Shown here: piece after piece, positions 49,758-59,110 of the stretch
Position numbering within the stretch: the stretch's first letter is position 1
Layout: each line of letters starts with the position of its first letter
NCBI GenBank assembly: GCA_965207385.1
Contig: CBDBLZ010000020.1
Coordinates: forward strand, 288,932 to 352,931
Direction of reading: 5' to 3'
Length of the DNA stretch: 64,000 nucleotides
Origin: Rhodothermales bacterium
GTDB taxonomy: Bacteria; Bacteroidota; Rhodothermia; Rhodothermales; Bin80
Translations under genes and position numbers: made by a program
The notes under the pieces: generated by a model
What the model was told of the DNA's origin: nothing
The model's input: only the letters and a program-made list of their open reading frames with translations
The model's database searches: none

Positions 49758-51782
49758 ATGGAGACCCTAATCGCGCAGCAACCGATCCGCATCGCCGAAG
49801 AGCTTGTCCTCCTTCTGCTTGACGAACAGAGCGGATACCTGGAGATGGTTCCGGGGTGGAATTTCTCGTGCGTCATGGCCGGGGCCGTTATTGCTGACCT
49901 GGCGCTCGCGGATCGCATCGATACCGACCTGGAGACCCTGTACGTAGTGGATTCGTCGCCAACGCGCGACGATTTGCTGGATGCAACTCTCCGGGAGCTC
50001 GTCGAATCCGAAGAGACGGCCGACGCCCAATACTGGATTGAGCGCAACGCCAGGCGCGCCGACGAAATAGTTGAAGCGACGCTCGAGCGACTCGTAGAGC
50101 GGAAGATCCTGGACTACCACATGGGAGGATTCTGGGGCCATTCCCGCTCGGTATCGCGCTCCGGCACCTATCCGGCCTCCGACGTGGAGACCCGCCGGGA
50201 AGCCAAGGCCCGGATCCTGGACGTGGTCCTGAATGACGTTATCCCGGATCCGCATGATGCCATTCTTATTGCCTTGATGCACACATGCGGCGGCTTCAAG
50301 CTGATTCTCTCGCAGGAAGACTATGACGAGAAGCTCGAATGGATTGAAACCATCGCCAAGCTGGAACTGATAGGCCGAACCGTGGCCACCGCGGTAAGAG
50401 AAAGCACGGCAACGCCGAAGACCCGGCAGGTTATACAGCGGAAGCCTATCCCAAAGCTGCGGATCATTGATGTCCTGCGACAGCCTGAATTCCGCACCTG
50501 TAATATCCCCGAGGCGATGTTTGGCCTCATGCAGAAGCACGGACCGGTGCTTCAATTGCCGGTCAAGATGGACGGGCTCCCTGCAGTTGCGCTCATGGGA
50601 GTGGAAACCAATCAGTGGGTCAACAAGCGCGGGCGCTTTTACCTTCGGTCAAAGGATTACATCAAGCATTTCGAGGCCGCATTTGGTGCCTCCCGGACCC
50701 TGCCTGGGATGGATGGCGCAGAGCATTACAGGATGCGCAAGTCCTTGCGCAGCGTCTACTCGCGCAGCACAATCGCGCGGCGGCTGCAGGAAATCTTCAA
50801 TTACTGCAGGCAATCCCTTGGCACATGGAAGGAAGGCGACCTGCTAGGGGCAACGGAGACGTTTCAGCATCACATCAGCAGCCAGATTTCGAACCTTGCG
50901 ATTGGAGTGGACTGCAGCCACTATGTCCAGGAATTACTGGAGTTTCAGCACCGCGCACTCGTTACCCACGTGCAGGGAGCGTTACCGCGATTCATGCTTC
51001 GTACGCCCAAAATGAGGCGGTATGCGCGGCGCGTGCAGGAGCTGCAGGAATCGGTGCACGCATCGCACACACCGGCGCAAAGAAAAGGCAAGCCGCAGGA
51101 CATTGCAGACGCATTGCTTGAGCTTCACAGGAGCGACCCGCAGTTCCTGCCGGAGACAGATATGACGTTTCCCTTCGTTGCTTCGATGGTCGCGAGCATC
51201 TACATGGGAAGCGCCCTCAGCTTTGCCATGTATTCCCTGGTTCGCAATCCGGACCTGTACGAGAGAGTTCATCGAGAGGCTGCAGCGCTGTTCGGAGGCG
51301 GACGGGACCCGGATGCAAAGGACTTTACGCTGGAGAACATCGATGTCACGCACCGATTCTGCCTGGAGTCCGCCCGCCTGCACCCGGTGATTCCCTGGCA
51401 AATGAGGACGGTCATGAATCAGTGCGTTATCAACGGCTACGAGGTGCCGGCGCAAACCCGCCTCGTGATATGCCAGACCGCTACCCACTATGACGACGAT
51501 TTCTTCAAGGATCCGCTCAAGTTCGACATTGACCGGTACCTGCCAGAACGTGCGGAGCACAAGGTACCAGGCGCCTACGCGCCGTACGGACTAGGAACGC
51601 ACACATGCCTGGGAAGCCGCTGGGTAGAACTCCAGATGGCCGTCAATATCCTGCTCATTGCATACCATTTCAGGCTGGAACCGGTATCCACCAATGGCAA
51701 GCTTCGGATTAATCCGTTCCCGACGGCCGCCCCGACCAGGAAATTCAAGCTTCGCGTCACCGAAATCACGCATCCGATCTGA
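49758..51782 (+). CDS. fusion protein: N-terminal GPP34/GOLPH3-like domain plus C-terminal cytochrome P450
   Basis: Residues 1 to about 220 (IAEELVLLLLDEQSGYLE..AGAVIADLALADRID..LERLVERKIL..RILDVVLNDVIPDPHDAILIALMHTCG) follow the bacterial GPP34 pattern. Residues from about 240 to 674 are a P450, with ExxR (ESARLHP) and the heme loop YAPYGLGTHTCLGSRW. Confidence 0.8.
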   Translation: METLIAQQPIRIAEELVLLLLDEQSGYLEMVPGWNFSCVMAGAVIADLALADRIDTDLETLYVVDSSPTRDDLLDATLRELVESEETADAQYWIERNARRADEIVEATLERLVERKILDYHMGGFWGHSRSVSRSGTYPASDVETRREAKARILDVVLNDVIPDPHDAILIALMHTCGGFKLILSQEDYDEKLEWIETIAKLELIGRTVATAVRESTATPKTRQVIQRKPIPKLRIIDVLRQPEFRTCNIPEAMFGLMQKHGPVLQLPVKMDGLPAVALMGVETNQWVNKRGRFYLRSKDYIKHFEAAFGASRTLPGMDGAEHYRMRKSLRSVYSRSTIARRLQEIFNYCRQSLGTWKEGDLLGATETFQHHISSQISNLAIGVDCSHYVQELLEFQHRALVTHVQGALPRFMLRTPKMRRYARRVQELQESVHASHTPAQRKGKPQDIADALLELHRSDPQFLPETDMTFPFVASMVASIYMGSALSFAMYSLVRNPDLYERVHREAAALFGGGRDPDAKDFTLENIDVTHRFCLESARLHPVIPWQMRTVMNQCVINGYEVPAQTRLVICQTATHYDDDFFKDPLKFDIDRYLPERAEHKVPGAYAPYGLGTHTCLGSRWVELQMAVNILLIAYHFRLEPVSTNGKLRINPFPTAAPTRKFKLRVTEITHPI

Positions 51783-52405
51783 TTCGTGCTGTCTGTGTGG
51801 ACCGCTTTGACCAGCCAGTCAAGAGGGTCAGTCCGGTACTTGTTTTCGCTGGGTCCTTGCCGGACCGAGAAGTGGCAAGTTGGCGCATCGCTGGACCCGA
51901 CAGCGTATTCAGGCCGGCACTTCAGGAACCCGCCTGTTAACGCGATCAGCATCCTGGCGAATTGCTCACGCACGCCTGATCATTTGTACAGCGGCGGACC
52001 CGATTTGGCGGCGCCAGATTCACGCAGGTTGTTCGAACAGATTTGGCGTTTGATTCTGCCGGATTATCCAGCTGCGCCCGGTAGACAGTCTCGCAGGGCG
52101 TCGACATATTCGGTACACTGAAGGAGCCCATCCAGACAATCCGGGCCCTATGTAGGCGTGTAGTTGGTGCGCAGCGGAAACCCCGCTTGCTGCACCATAT
52201 GGACCCCGGCATCGATGGACGTAGAACGGCTTCCTGATTCGCCAGCCAGGCTGTACCGGAGCGCGTGCGCATGAACAAGGAACTGTATCTGGCCCGGTCC
52301 GCGGCGTTCGAGACCCTGTAGCCGCAAGGTTGCATCGCAACGTCCTTAATCCGACCTTCCCCGCGCACTCCTATTAGCCAATTGCCCATCATCCATTCCC
52401 GCGTC

Positions 52406-53026
52406 ATGCTGCCGTATGATCCAGAAGAGGCCGTCCGGTTTCTGCGAGCCGCCGATCCGGATATCTCGAGTCTAATCGACGCTGTAGGAGCATTTCAGCT
52501 GCCACCTACGCCAGATATCAGCCCTTTCCAGTCGCTGATGAATGCGGTGCTTGCGCAGCAGATTTCGCGGCACGCGGCGAATGCCATAAGGGGCCGCCTG
52601 TATGCGCTGTTTCCCGACTCCGGCGTACCTACACACGAGGATATTCTCTCATGCCCGGAAGAGACGCTTCGCGGGGTCGGCATTTCGCGAAACAAGATTG
52701 CCACTATCAGGAACCTGGCCTCGAAAGCCAGTGAAGGGTACCTGCCGGACCGGCAGGTACTGGATAGCATGGAGACGTCCGCTATCGTAGATCGGCTGAC
52801 CGCGCTGCGAGGCATCGGGCAATGGACTGCAGAGATGCTTCTCATCTTCTATTTGGGTCGTCCCGATATCCTGCCTGTTGCCGATCTGGGCATTCGGCGA
52901 GGGTTCAAGATTGCCTTTGAACTGAAAGAGATGCCGAAGCCTCGCGAACTGGCCGAATACGGCAGGCGGTGGAAGCCGTACCGGTCCGTAGCAAGCTGGT
53001 ACCTGTGGCGCGCAAACGACCTGTAG
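52406..53026 (+). CDS. alkA: DNA-3-methyladenine glycosylase II-like HhH-GPD base-excision enzyme
   Basis: ATG at 52406; the track ORF begins at TTG 52382. The sequence contains LMNAVLAQQISRHAANAI, LRGVGISRNKIATIRNLA, LTALRGIGQWTAEMLLIF and the catalytic Asp region PVADLGIRRG. Confidence 0.8.
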   Translation: MLPYDPEEAVRFLRAADPDISSLIDAVGAFQLPPTPDISPFQSLMNAVLAQQISRHAANAIRGRLYALFPDSGVPTHEDILSCPEETLRGVGISRNKIATIRNLASKASEGYLPDRQVLDSMETSAIVDRLTALRGIGQWTAEMLLIFYLGRPDILPVADLGIRRGFKIAFELKEMPKPRELAEYGRRWKPYRSVASWYLWRANDL

Positions 53027-53055
53027 CGCGGGGTCGTACGCCAAACGCCTCGCCG

Positions 53056-53769
53056 TTAGTCTCCTGGCGGTGCGTCGGCACGCATTAGTATGCGCGGCAC
53101 CTGATGGGCCTTGCCCAGATGGGGCATCCATGAGGCTGGAAGCGAAGCCACGAGCTCCAGTGGCTGCTCCCGAACCGGATGCGGTGCCACCAGACGGAAG
53201 CAATGCAGAGCGAGATTTCGCCCATCGAATATCCTCAGGGCGCCGTAGCGCACATCGCCCAGCAGCGGATGACCCCGGCGGGCAAACTGGGCGCGAATCT
53301 GGTGAGGCCGACCTGTGTGCATGCATATCTCCACGAGGCTTAGTTCCTCTTCGCATCCACGCGCCTTCCACTGGAGTCGGGCATGCTTTGCTCCGGGATC
53401 GCCCGCCCTCACCACGCGCACGTGGCGCGAGTCCTTAACCAGGTAATCCTCCCAGGTGCCCTCTCCTTGGATGGATCCGGTAACAAGCGCCAGGTACCGC
53501 TTCTGCACCTGCCGAGCCCGGAAAGCTGCGCTGAGGCGGCGGGCGGCCTTGGATGTTCTGGCCAGAACCATGGCACCGGACACGGGCCGGTCCAGCCGGT
53601 GTACCGGAGCCAGGTATACGTTCCCCGGTTTATTGTACTTCTCACGCAGATAGGCCTTGCCCAGTGCGGCAGCAGTCGGGTCACCCGTGCGGTCTTCCTG
53701 CGAAAGCAAGCCGGCCGGCTTGTCAATTCCCAACACATGATTATCCTCGTACAGGATCCGGAAATGCAC
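53056..53769 (-). CDS. RluA-family pseudouridine synthase
   Basis: LYEDNHVLGIDKPAGLLS, the catalytic-Asp motif VHRLDRPVSGAMVLA, KRYLALV and HTGRPHQIRAQF. Confidence 0.9.
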   Translation of the reverse strand: MHFRILYEDNHVLGIDKPAGLLSQEDRTGDPTAAALGKAYLREKYNKPGNVYLAPVHRLDRPVSGAMVLARTSKAARRLSAAFRARQVQKRYLALVTGSIQGEGTWEDYLVKDSRHVRVVRAGDPGAKHARLQWKARGCEEELSLVEICMHTGRPHQIRAQFARRGHPLLGDVRYGALRIFDGRNLALHCFRLVAPHPVREQPLELVASLPASWMPHLGKAHQVPRILMRADAPPGD

Positions 53770-53828
53770 TAGCCCGCCATTCTTCGGAAAACGCTACTTC
53801 TAGCCCATGTGCCGCAGTTAATGATCCC

Positions 53829-54431
53829 GTGAAGATTTCCTACACGGCAGAGCTCCTGCGAAAATCCATCCATCTGTGCACGGCCATGGTGCCGTTGTGC
53901 ATACTGGCGGTCGGCAAATGGCCCGCGGCCCTGGCCTTCGCGCTTCTGGCCGCTGTCGCGCTGGTCTACGACGTGCTTAGGGCTCGGTCCCTGAGGGTTG
54001 CCCGTTGGGTGCACAATAGTGTTGGCTTTATGCTCCGTAAATCGGAATGGTCCGGTGGCCGCATCGTTGTAAGCGGCGCTACCTGGGTTCTCATCTCCCT
54101 GTTGGTAGTGACCACACTGTTTCCGGCTCGGATTGCCGTGCCGGCCCTGGTCGTGTCGCTTGCAAGCGATGCGGTGGCAGCCATATTGGGCAGGCAGATC
54201 GGCCGCAACAGGTGGCCTGGCAGCCGTCGTACGGTGGAAGGGACAATCGCTTTCGTCGCATCCGGCCTCGCCATCATGGCATTCTTTCCCGGAATTGCCT
54301 TTTGGGCTGGTGCGGGCGCCGTCGTGGCAGCAGCGCTGGCGGAAATCCCGACACGGCCACTGGACGACAACCTCCGCGTACCGCTTGCGGCTGCAACTGC
54401 ACTTTTTTTCCTGGACCTGCTTGTTACCTGA
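53829..54431 (+). CDS. CTP-dependent polyprenol/phytol/diacylglycerol kinase-like membrane protein (CTP_transf_1 family)
   Basis: In-frame GTG at 53829; the track ORF 53553 overlaps the RluA-family gene. The protein is about 200 aa with 5-6 TM helices, RKSIHL near the N-terminus, SLASDAVAAILGRQIGRNRW...RTVEGTIAFVASG and DDNLRVPL. Confidence 0.6.
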   Translation: MKISYTAELLRKSIHLCTAMVPLCILAVGKWPAALAFALLAAVALVYDVLRARSLRVARWVHNSVGFMLRKSEWSGGRIVVSGATWVLISLLVVTTLFPARIAVPALVVSLASDAVAAILGRQIGRNRWPGSRRTVEGTIAFVASGLAIMAFFPGIAFWAGAGAVVAAALAEIPTRPLDDNLRVPLAAATALFFLDLLVT

Positions 54432-54444
54432 AGCGCGCCCACAT

Positions 54445-56712
54445 TCATGGCAGGCGGCTCAGGCCGAGACCCACGAACAGACCCGGCCGGTCCAGCCTGT
54501 ATGTGAGGTCCAGCTGCACCGGACTCCCCCAAATCCCGGCGAGCGAAATCGTCAGTTCGTGGTGTCCGCCCCCCACGGCGACGTGACCACCGGATATCCT
54601 GATACCGGTACCCCGATCCACCAGCTGCCTGAGCCCAAGCAGCTCAAATGCCGATGTCTGGAAATCGTGTTCCCAGAAGAGCCCCAATACACGCTCACCG
54701 ACGTACGCTGTGGCCCTGGCTGCCCGCAGCATTCCGAATGAAGAGACAGGACCGGGTGTGCCGTCGATTGCTGATCTGCGCACTGCGGGCAGGGCACCGG
54801 TTGCTGTTGCGGCAAACAGCCGAACGGACAGACGATGAGAAATCGGCCTGTGACGAAAGAACGTCCGCGCATATCCGTCTACGCGAGCTGCGGCACGGAA
54901 GAACTTGCGATCACTGCCCGGATTGGCAAGGCTGCCGCGCTCGACTTCCACGCCGATTCCTCGCACGGGTCCGAGCCGAAAGGGTGTGCGAGGATCACCC
55001 GCTGATACTGCAATCGATACGGATTGCAAGCCCTCCTCAAGGACCTTTGGGTTTGGTCGCAGCTCTTTCCGGAAAGGCCATGCGCGTGCCAGTACGGCCT
55101 CCATCGATTCAAACCGCTCCAGATGCCCGGCCAGTGACAGCCGAATCCACCGGGTTGCGTATCCCGCGCGGACCTGGCCTGTCTGCGCCGATACGTAATC
55201 GAAGTAATCGCGGCCCCCGAGCAGCGTATAGAGCGAGCTAAGTGCAGGCGTGACTACGGGGCTGATCCACTGCTGCGCCGTAGCGCGCCCGTAAGAGGCA
55301 TGGGTTGAAAATCCCCGAACCCATCTGCGGCTGGCCTGCACTTGAAAGCGTGTCCGGCCCCCGGCTGTCGGCTGACCTACCCTGCTCCGAAACCGGCTTC
55401 GACGGTCGAATTGCAGTGTCCGGCTTGCTCCGAGGAGGAATCCTTCCACGCGATTGAAGCCGAGCCAGGGCTCCTGCCCCCGGACGGAAGGCCACGAAAA
55501 CTGGGGCTCATCCCACGGAAGTAACGCCGGGCGTCGCTTGCCAACCGTGGGCAGGGCCGTAAGCAACGTCAGACCCCGTCGCGGGAGAATGTCCCACGCC
55601 TCCGCCTCTGCAGGTGTCAAAGCTACGAATCCCCGTCCCAGCAGGAACAGGTCATCCTCGAAGACGGACGCGCTGTCGACAATCGTTCGGTCCTTCTCGG
55701 CATACAAGCTCTCGGGCACACTGATATTCAGGCGGTGGTCAGAAAGCTGGGATACCTGGTGCAAGACCGCCTGAACGGGCTCCCTGCCCGCAGAAATCCG
55801 GCCCTCGAGCCGTATGCTGAGCGGAAGCCAAAGGGAGTCCACTGCCAGGAATTGTTGTCGGTAGAACACGTCCCACCGCTGAATGGGAGGATGCCAGTGC
55901 ACATGCCGGGCTGGCCGCAGTTCTGCAGCTACGAGCGCATACGTGCTGTCCATTACCGAAATCCGCCCCGTGAACGTAGCCTCCAGACTCGTCTTCGGGG
56001 CTACATAAATGTCATACACGGTCCCCTCGTCCATCCTTCGATGCCCCGCAAACGTGAAATGGTAGTGCACGAGGGCATCCGGATGCGTCGGGCCCATAAA
56101 GCGTTGTGACTGTATCTGAATGTGGTTTGCCGACAGGTCGACCACGGTGTGATCCAAGCCAAGGTCGCGGTAAAAGTCTGCCGTCTCGCGCCGCGAGAGT
56201 ATCACGTCCCTGCTGCCGCGGCCGCGATCCCAGAAGCTGTCAAATACCGCCTCGCTCACCAGGACGATTTGTTCGCGGCCCTCCAGCGTGATGCGCGTGT
56301 ATCCCCGCATCTTTCTGGTCAGAAGCCTCGCGCGTCGCGCCGCCTTGCGCTCTATGGCCTTTCGCATCACGTTGTCGGCAAAATCCTCTCCCGTGACCAA
56401 GACTTCATCCAGCGTGTACACGGCGGGCTGCAGATCCACAACCAGGTCTCGATTGTCATTGGGCTCCAGCGCCACGCGGTGGGTCTGATAGCCCACGTGC
56501 CGCACCAGGATCACCTGCGGCAGCGTCTGCAGCACAAGCTCGAAGCGGCCGTCCCGGTTGGTAATGGTCCCGCCGGACTCAGCCACCACGTGCGCAGCCG
56601 CAAGCGGAAGGCCCGAGCGCGCCTCCCGCACTAGTCCTCGCACGAGGATCTGGGCAGGCACGGCATTGGGCAATGCCAGACCCAGGACGACGAGCAAGGC
56701 TGCGCGAGACAC
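54445..56712 (-). CDS. CarboxypepD_reg-like plus DUF5686 outer-membrane protein (paralog B)
   Basis: GTG at 56712, 16 nt after the upstream stop, gives the signal peptide VSRAALLVVLGLALPNAVPAQ. The N-terminal Ig-like domain is ILVRGLVREARSGLPLAAAHVV..GGTITNRDGRFEL. It aligns with the upstream paralog over its full length and has a beta-barrel-like C-terminus. Confidence 0.75.
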   Translation of the reverse strand: MSRAALLVVLGLALPNAVPAQILVRGLVREARSGLPLAAAHVVAESGGTITNRDGRFELVLQTLPQVILVRHVGYQTHRVALEPNDNRDLVVDLQPAVYTLDEVLVTGEDFADNVMRKAIERKAARRARLLTRKMRGYTRITLEGREQIVLVSEAVFDSFWDRGRGSRDVILSRRETADFYRDLGLDHTVVDLSANHIQIQSQRFMGPTHPDALVHYHFTFAGHRRMDEGTVYDIYVAPKTSLEATFTGRISVMDSTYALVAAELRPARHVHWHPPIQRWDVFYRQQFLAVDSLWLPLSIRLEGRISAGREPVQAVLHQVSQLSDHRLNISVPESLYAEKDRTIVDSASVFEDDLFLLGRGFVALTPAEAEAWDILPRRGLTLLTALPTVGKRRPALLPWDEPQFSWPSVRGQEPWLGFNRVEGFLLGASRTLQFDRRSRFRSRVGQPTAGGRTRFQVQASRRWVRGFSTHASYGRATAQQWISPVVTPALSSLYTLLGGRDYFDYVSAQTGQVRAGYATRWIRLSLAGHLERFESMEAVLARAWPFRKELRPNPKVLEEGLQSVSIAVSAGDPRTPFRLGPVRGIGVEVERGSLANPGSDRKFFRAAARVDGYARTFFRHRPISHRLSVRLFAATATGALPAVRRSAIDGTPGPVSSFGMLRAARATAYVGERVLGLFWEHDFQTSAFELLGLRQLVDRGTGIRISGGHVAVGGGHHELTISLAGIWGSPVQLDLTYRLDRPGLFVGLGLSRLP

Positions 56713-56728
56713 GAGTAGCGGCGCGTGG

Positions 56729-59041
56729 CTAGAAGATCCGGGCCATCCCGTATCCAAGCGCGAAGGCTTCGCCGGGATGCCACGCCAAATCAAGCCTCAA
56801 AAAGCCCAGTATCCCGCTAAGAGACATACCCACTTCGTGGTGCCCCGCCGCAGCCCTGAGATCCGCCAAGGCCCACGTGCGGGCATGTGCGCCGAAAACC
56901 AGAATGCTGTAACCCCTTTCAACCAGCGGCCGCAGCCCGAGTACCTCAAAAGGCATCGTGCGGAAATTGTGCTCCCAGAAGAATGCGACGGCGTGCTGGC
57001 CCTCGTACGGCCGACCTTGCAATGTGCGCAGCGAGCCGAAAGGCCGCAATCCTGCCGCCCCGCCCTCCACCAGAAACGACCTCTGCAGGGGCAGCATGCC
57101 GGAGCTTGTGCCGGCCAGGAGGCGGACATGCGCCATCGCCGGCAGCAGCCGCCGCCGTGCGACCGTCTTCAACGCCCACTCTGCAGACAGCTCGTAGCGC
57201 CCATAGCTGTAGTCGCTACCGGCCACGCTGTGCTCTGCTGAAACGCGCACGAATTTCTGTCCGGTCAGCCCTAGAGAGGATTCCGGACCCGAATTGATGA
57301 CGGCGCCCAGGCGAACAGCCCTGAGCCTGGCCGACCGGATGGCGGGATTGGGCCGCTGCACGGCGGCATTGCCCAACAGATCGTAGCTGGTGCTCCGGCG
57401 CTGGGAAGAGTGGTCTTCGTTGCGAATCGAAGCCGTAATCCGGGCCCTGCCGCCCCCGACACGAAGCTCCGTCGCTAGACGATAGCCCTCGCTGCGGTAG
57501 TAGTCAAAATAGTCCTCGCCGCCCAGCAGCATCTCGATGCTGTTCAGCCCACGAGGCACCTGCGAGGATTCATGCCGGATGGCCGTACCTTCGCGGTAGC
57601 TGCCTGTTAGCCTCACGCTCAGCGGCTTGCGGAAGCTCAGGCGAGCCCTGGTCTCGTATGACCACCGCTCCGGACCCGACAGCCCATGGCTCCAGCCACC
57701 GCTGCCGACGAGCCTTAGATGCTCTCCGGCATCCACCGTGGCTGCTGCGCCGGCGTGCAGGGCTTCAACCCGGTTGTACCAGACTTTGGGTGCCAGATTA
57801 AGCCAATCCGGAAGCCGGTCCCCGCCGGCCTCCCTTCCCTCGGACTCCGAAAAATCTACACGAGACATGCGCGCCGCCGCTCCCCTGGGCTCAAACGCCT
57901 CCAGAATGGAGACGGTCGTATCCGTGCGGGCGTAGGCAAGCTGCTCCGCCGGAAGCAGGGGCACAGCCAGGCCCTCTCGATGTAGTGCACTGTCTGCCGC
58001 TACCGCCGCGGAGTCCACGCGCATATACTCCTCGCTCTCAAACAGGTCCTCCGGGACGTCGGCATTCACCTGGTAGTCAGTAAGGCGCGATACCTGCGCA
58101 AGGTTCATGGGCGGAAAGCGAAAAAGCCGGCTAATGCTCAACTGCATGGAACCCTCGAAGCGAAAATCCACGGGAAGCCAGAACTGTCCTCCAAAGGACG
58201 AAAACTGCTGCCGGTACGTCACGGACAGAGAGCGAATCGGGTACGGAAAGAGGAACGCATCCCCGGGCTGCAGCTCTGCCTCCAAAAGGGCATACTCGTC
58301 GCCGTGCACCGACACCCGGCCCCGAAACCCGCTGGTAAGCCGCGTCCTCGGTTCTACGGAGATATCGTATACCTCCGTGTCGTCGATCCTGCGCGTTGCC
58401 TCGAGACTGAACCGGTAATGGGACAGTGCATCGGGATGGGTAACGCCGATGAGTCGGTGTCCGGCCACGGAGACATTGTCGTCATACAGGTTGGCCACCG
58501 TGCCGGCCGCGGGTATCAGATCATCCCCCAGTTCCGCACCTACTGTCTTCCTGGTGCCGACAATCTCCTCCCGCATTCCGCGCTCCCGGTCCCAGAATGC
58601 ATCCGAGACGGACTCGAGAATGAACACGATGCCCGTATCGTTGGAAACCGTATAGCGGCTGTACGCGACGGCTTCAAAGGTCTCCAGCGCCGCCCGCCAC
58701 TCCTTCTTGCGCTTGATCACTTCCCGCATGATCTCGATGGCGGGATCCTCCCCGGTGACGACAATCTCCTGCATGACCATGGCGACCGGAGCCAACTCCA
58801 CGAGCAGCTCTTCGCCGGATGCGGTCACTACCTCCAGACGTCGCGTGGCATATCCGATATGCCGGATCAGCAGGGTGGCGGGCACAGCGTCCAGGTCCAG
58901 CTCGAAGCTGCCTGCAGCGTTGGTGATTGTGCCCCTGTACGTGCCCTCTACCTGGATGGTGGCGGCGGCGAGGGGCTCCAGCGATCGCTCATCCACGATC
59001 CGTCCGCGTATCGGCTGGGCGTTTGCCGTCAGGCTGCCCAC
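56729..59041 (-). CDS. CarboxypepD_reg-like plus DUF5686 outer-membrane protein (paralog A)
   Basis: The track ORF starts at GTG 59041 (..GSLTANAQPIRGRIVDERSLEPLAAATIQVEGTYRGTITNAAGSFEL). The reading frame stays open upstream to 59110 and encodes a good signal peptide (LKLKSALAARPQLLVLFLWVV) with only CTG codons available as starts. The true start is uncertain (59041 to 59101). Confidence 0.72.
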   Translation of the reverse strand: MGSLTANAQPIRGRIVDERSLEPLAAATIQVEGTYRGTITNAAGSFELDLDAVPATLLIRHIGYATRRLEVVTASGEELLVELAPVAMVMQEIVVTGEDPAIEIMREVIKRKKEWRAALETFEAVAYSRYTVSNDTGIVFILESVSDAFWDRERGMREEIVGTRKTVGAELGDDLIPAAGTVANLYDDNVSVAGHRLIGVTHPDALSHYRFSLEATRRIDDTEVYDISVEPRTRLTSGFRGRVSVHGDEYALLEAELQPGDAFLFPYPIRSLSVTYRQQFSSFGGQFWLPVDFRFEGSMQLSISRLFRFPPMNLAQVSRLTDYQVNADVPEDLFESEEYMRVDSAAVAADSALHREGLAVPLLPAEQLAYARTDTTVSILEAFEPRGAAARMSRVDFSESEGREAGGDRLPDWLNLAPKVWYNRVEALHAGAAATVDAGEHLRLVGSGGWSHGLSGPERWSYETRARLSFRKPLSVRLTGSYREGTAIRHESSQVPRGLNSIEMLLGGEDYFDYYRSEGYRLATELRVGGGRARITASIRNEDHSSQRRSTSYDLLGNAAVQRPNPAIRSARLRAVRLGAVINSGPESSLGLTGQKFVRVSAEHSVAGSDYSYGRYELSAEWALKTVARRRLLPAMAHVRLLAGTSSGMLPLQRSFLVEGGAAGLRPFGSLRTLQGRPYEGQHAVAFFWEHNFRTMPFEVLGLRPLVERGYSILVFGAHARTWALADLRAAAGHHEVGMSLSGILGFLRLDLAWHPGEAFALGYGMARIF

Positions 59042-59110
59042 GACCCACAGGAACAGGACCAGCAGTTGCGGTCGAGCCGCCAGGGCGCTCTTCAGTTTCA
59101 GGCTCCGCCG

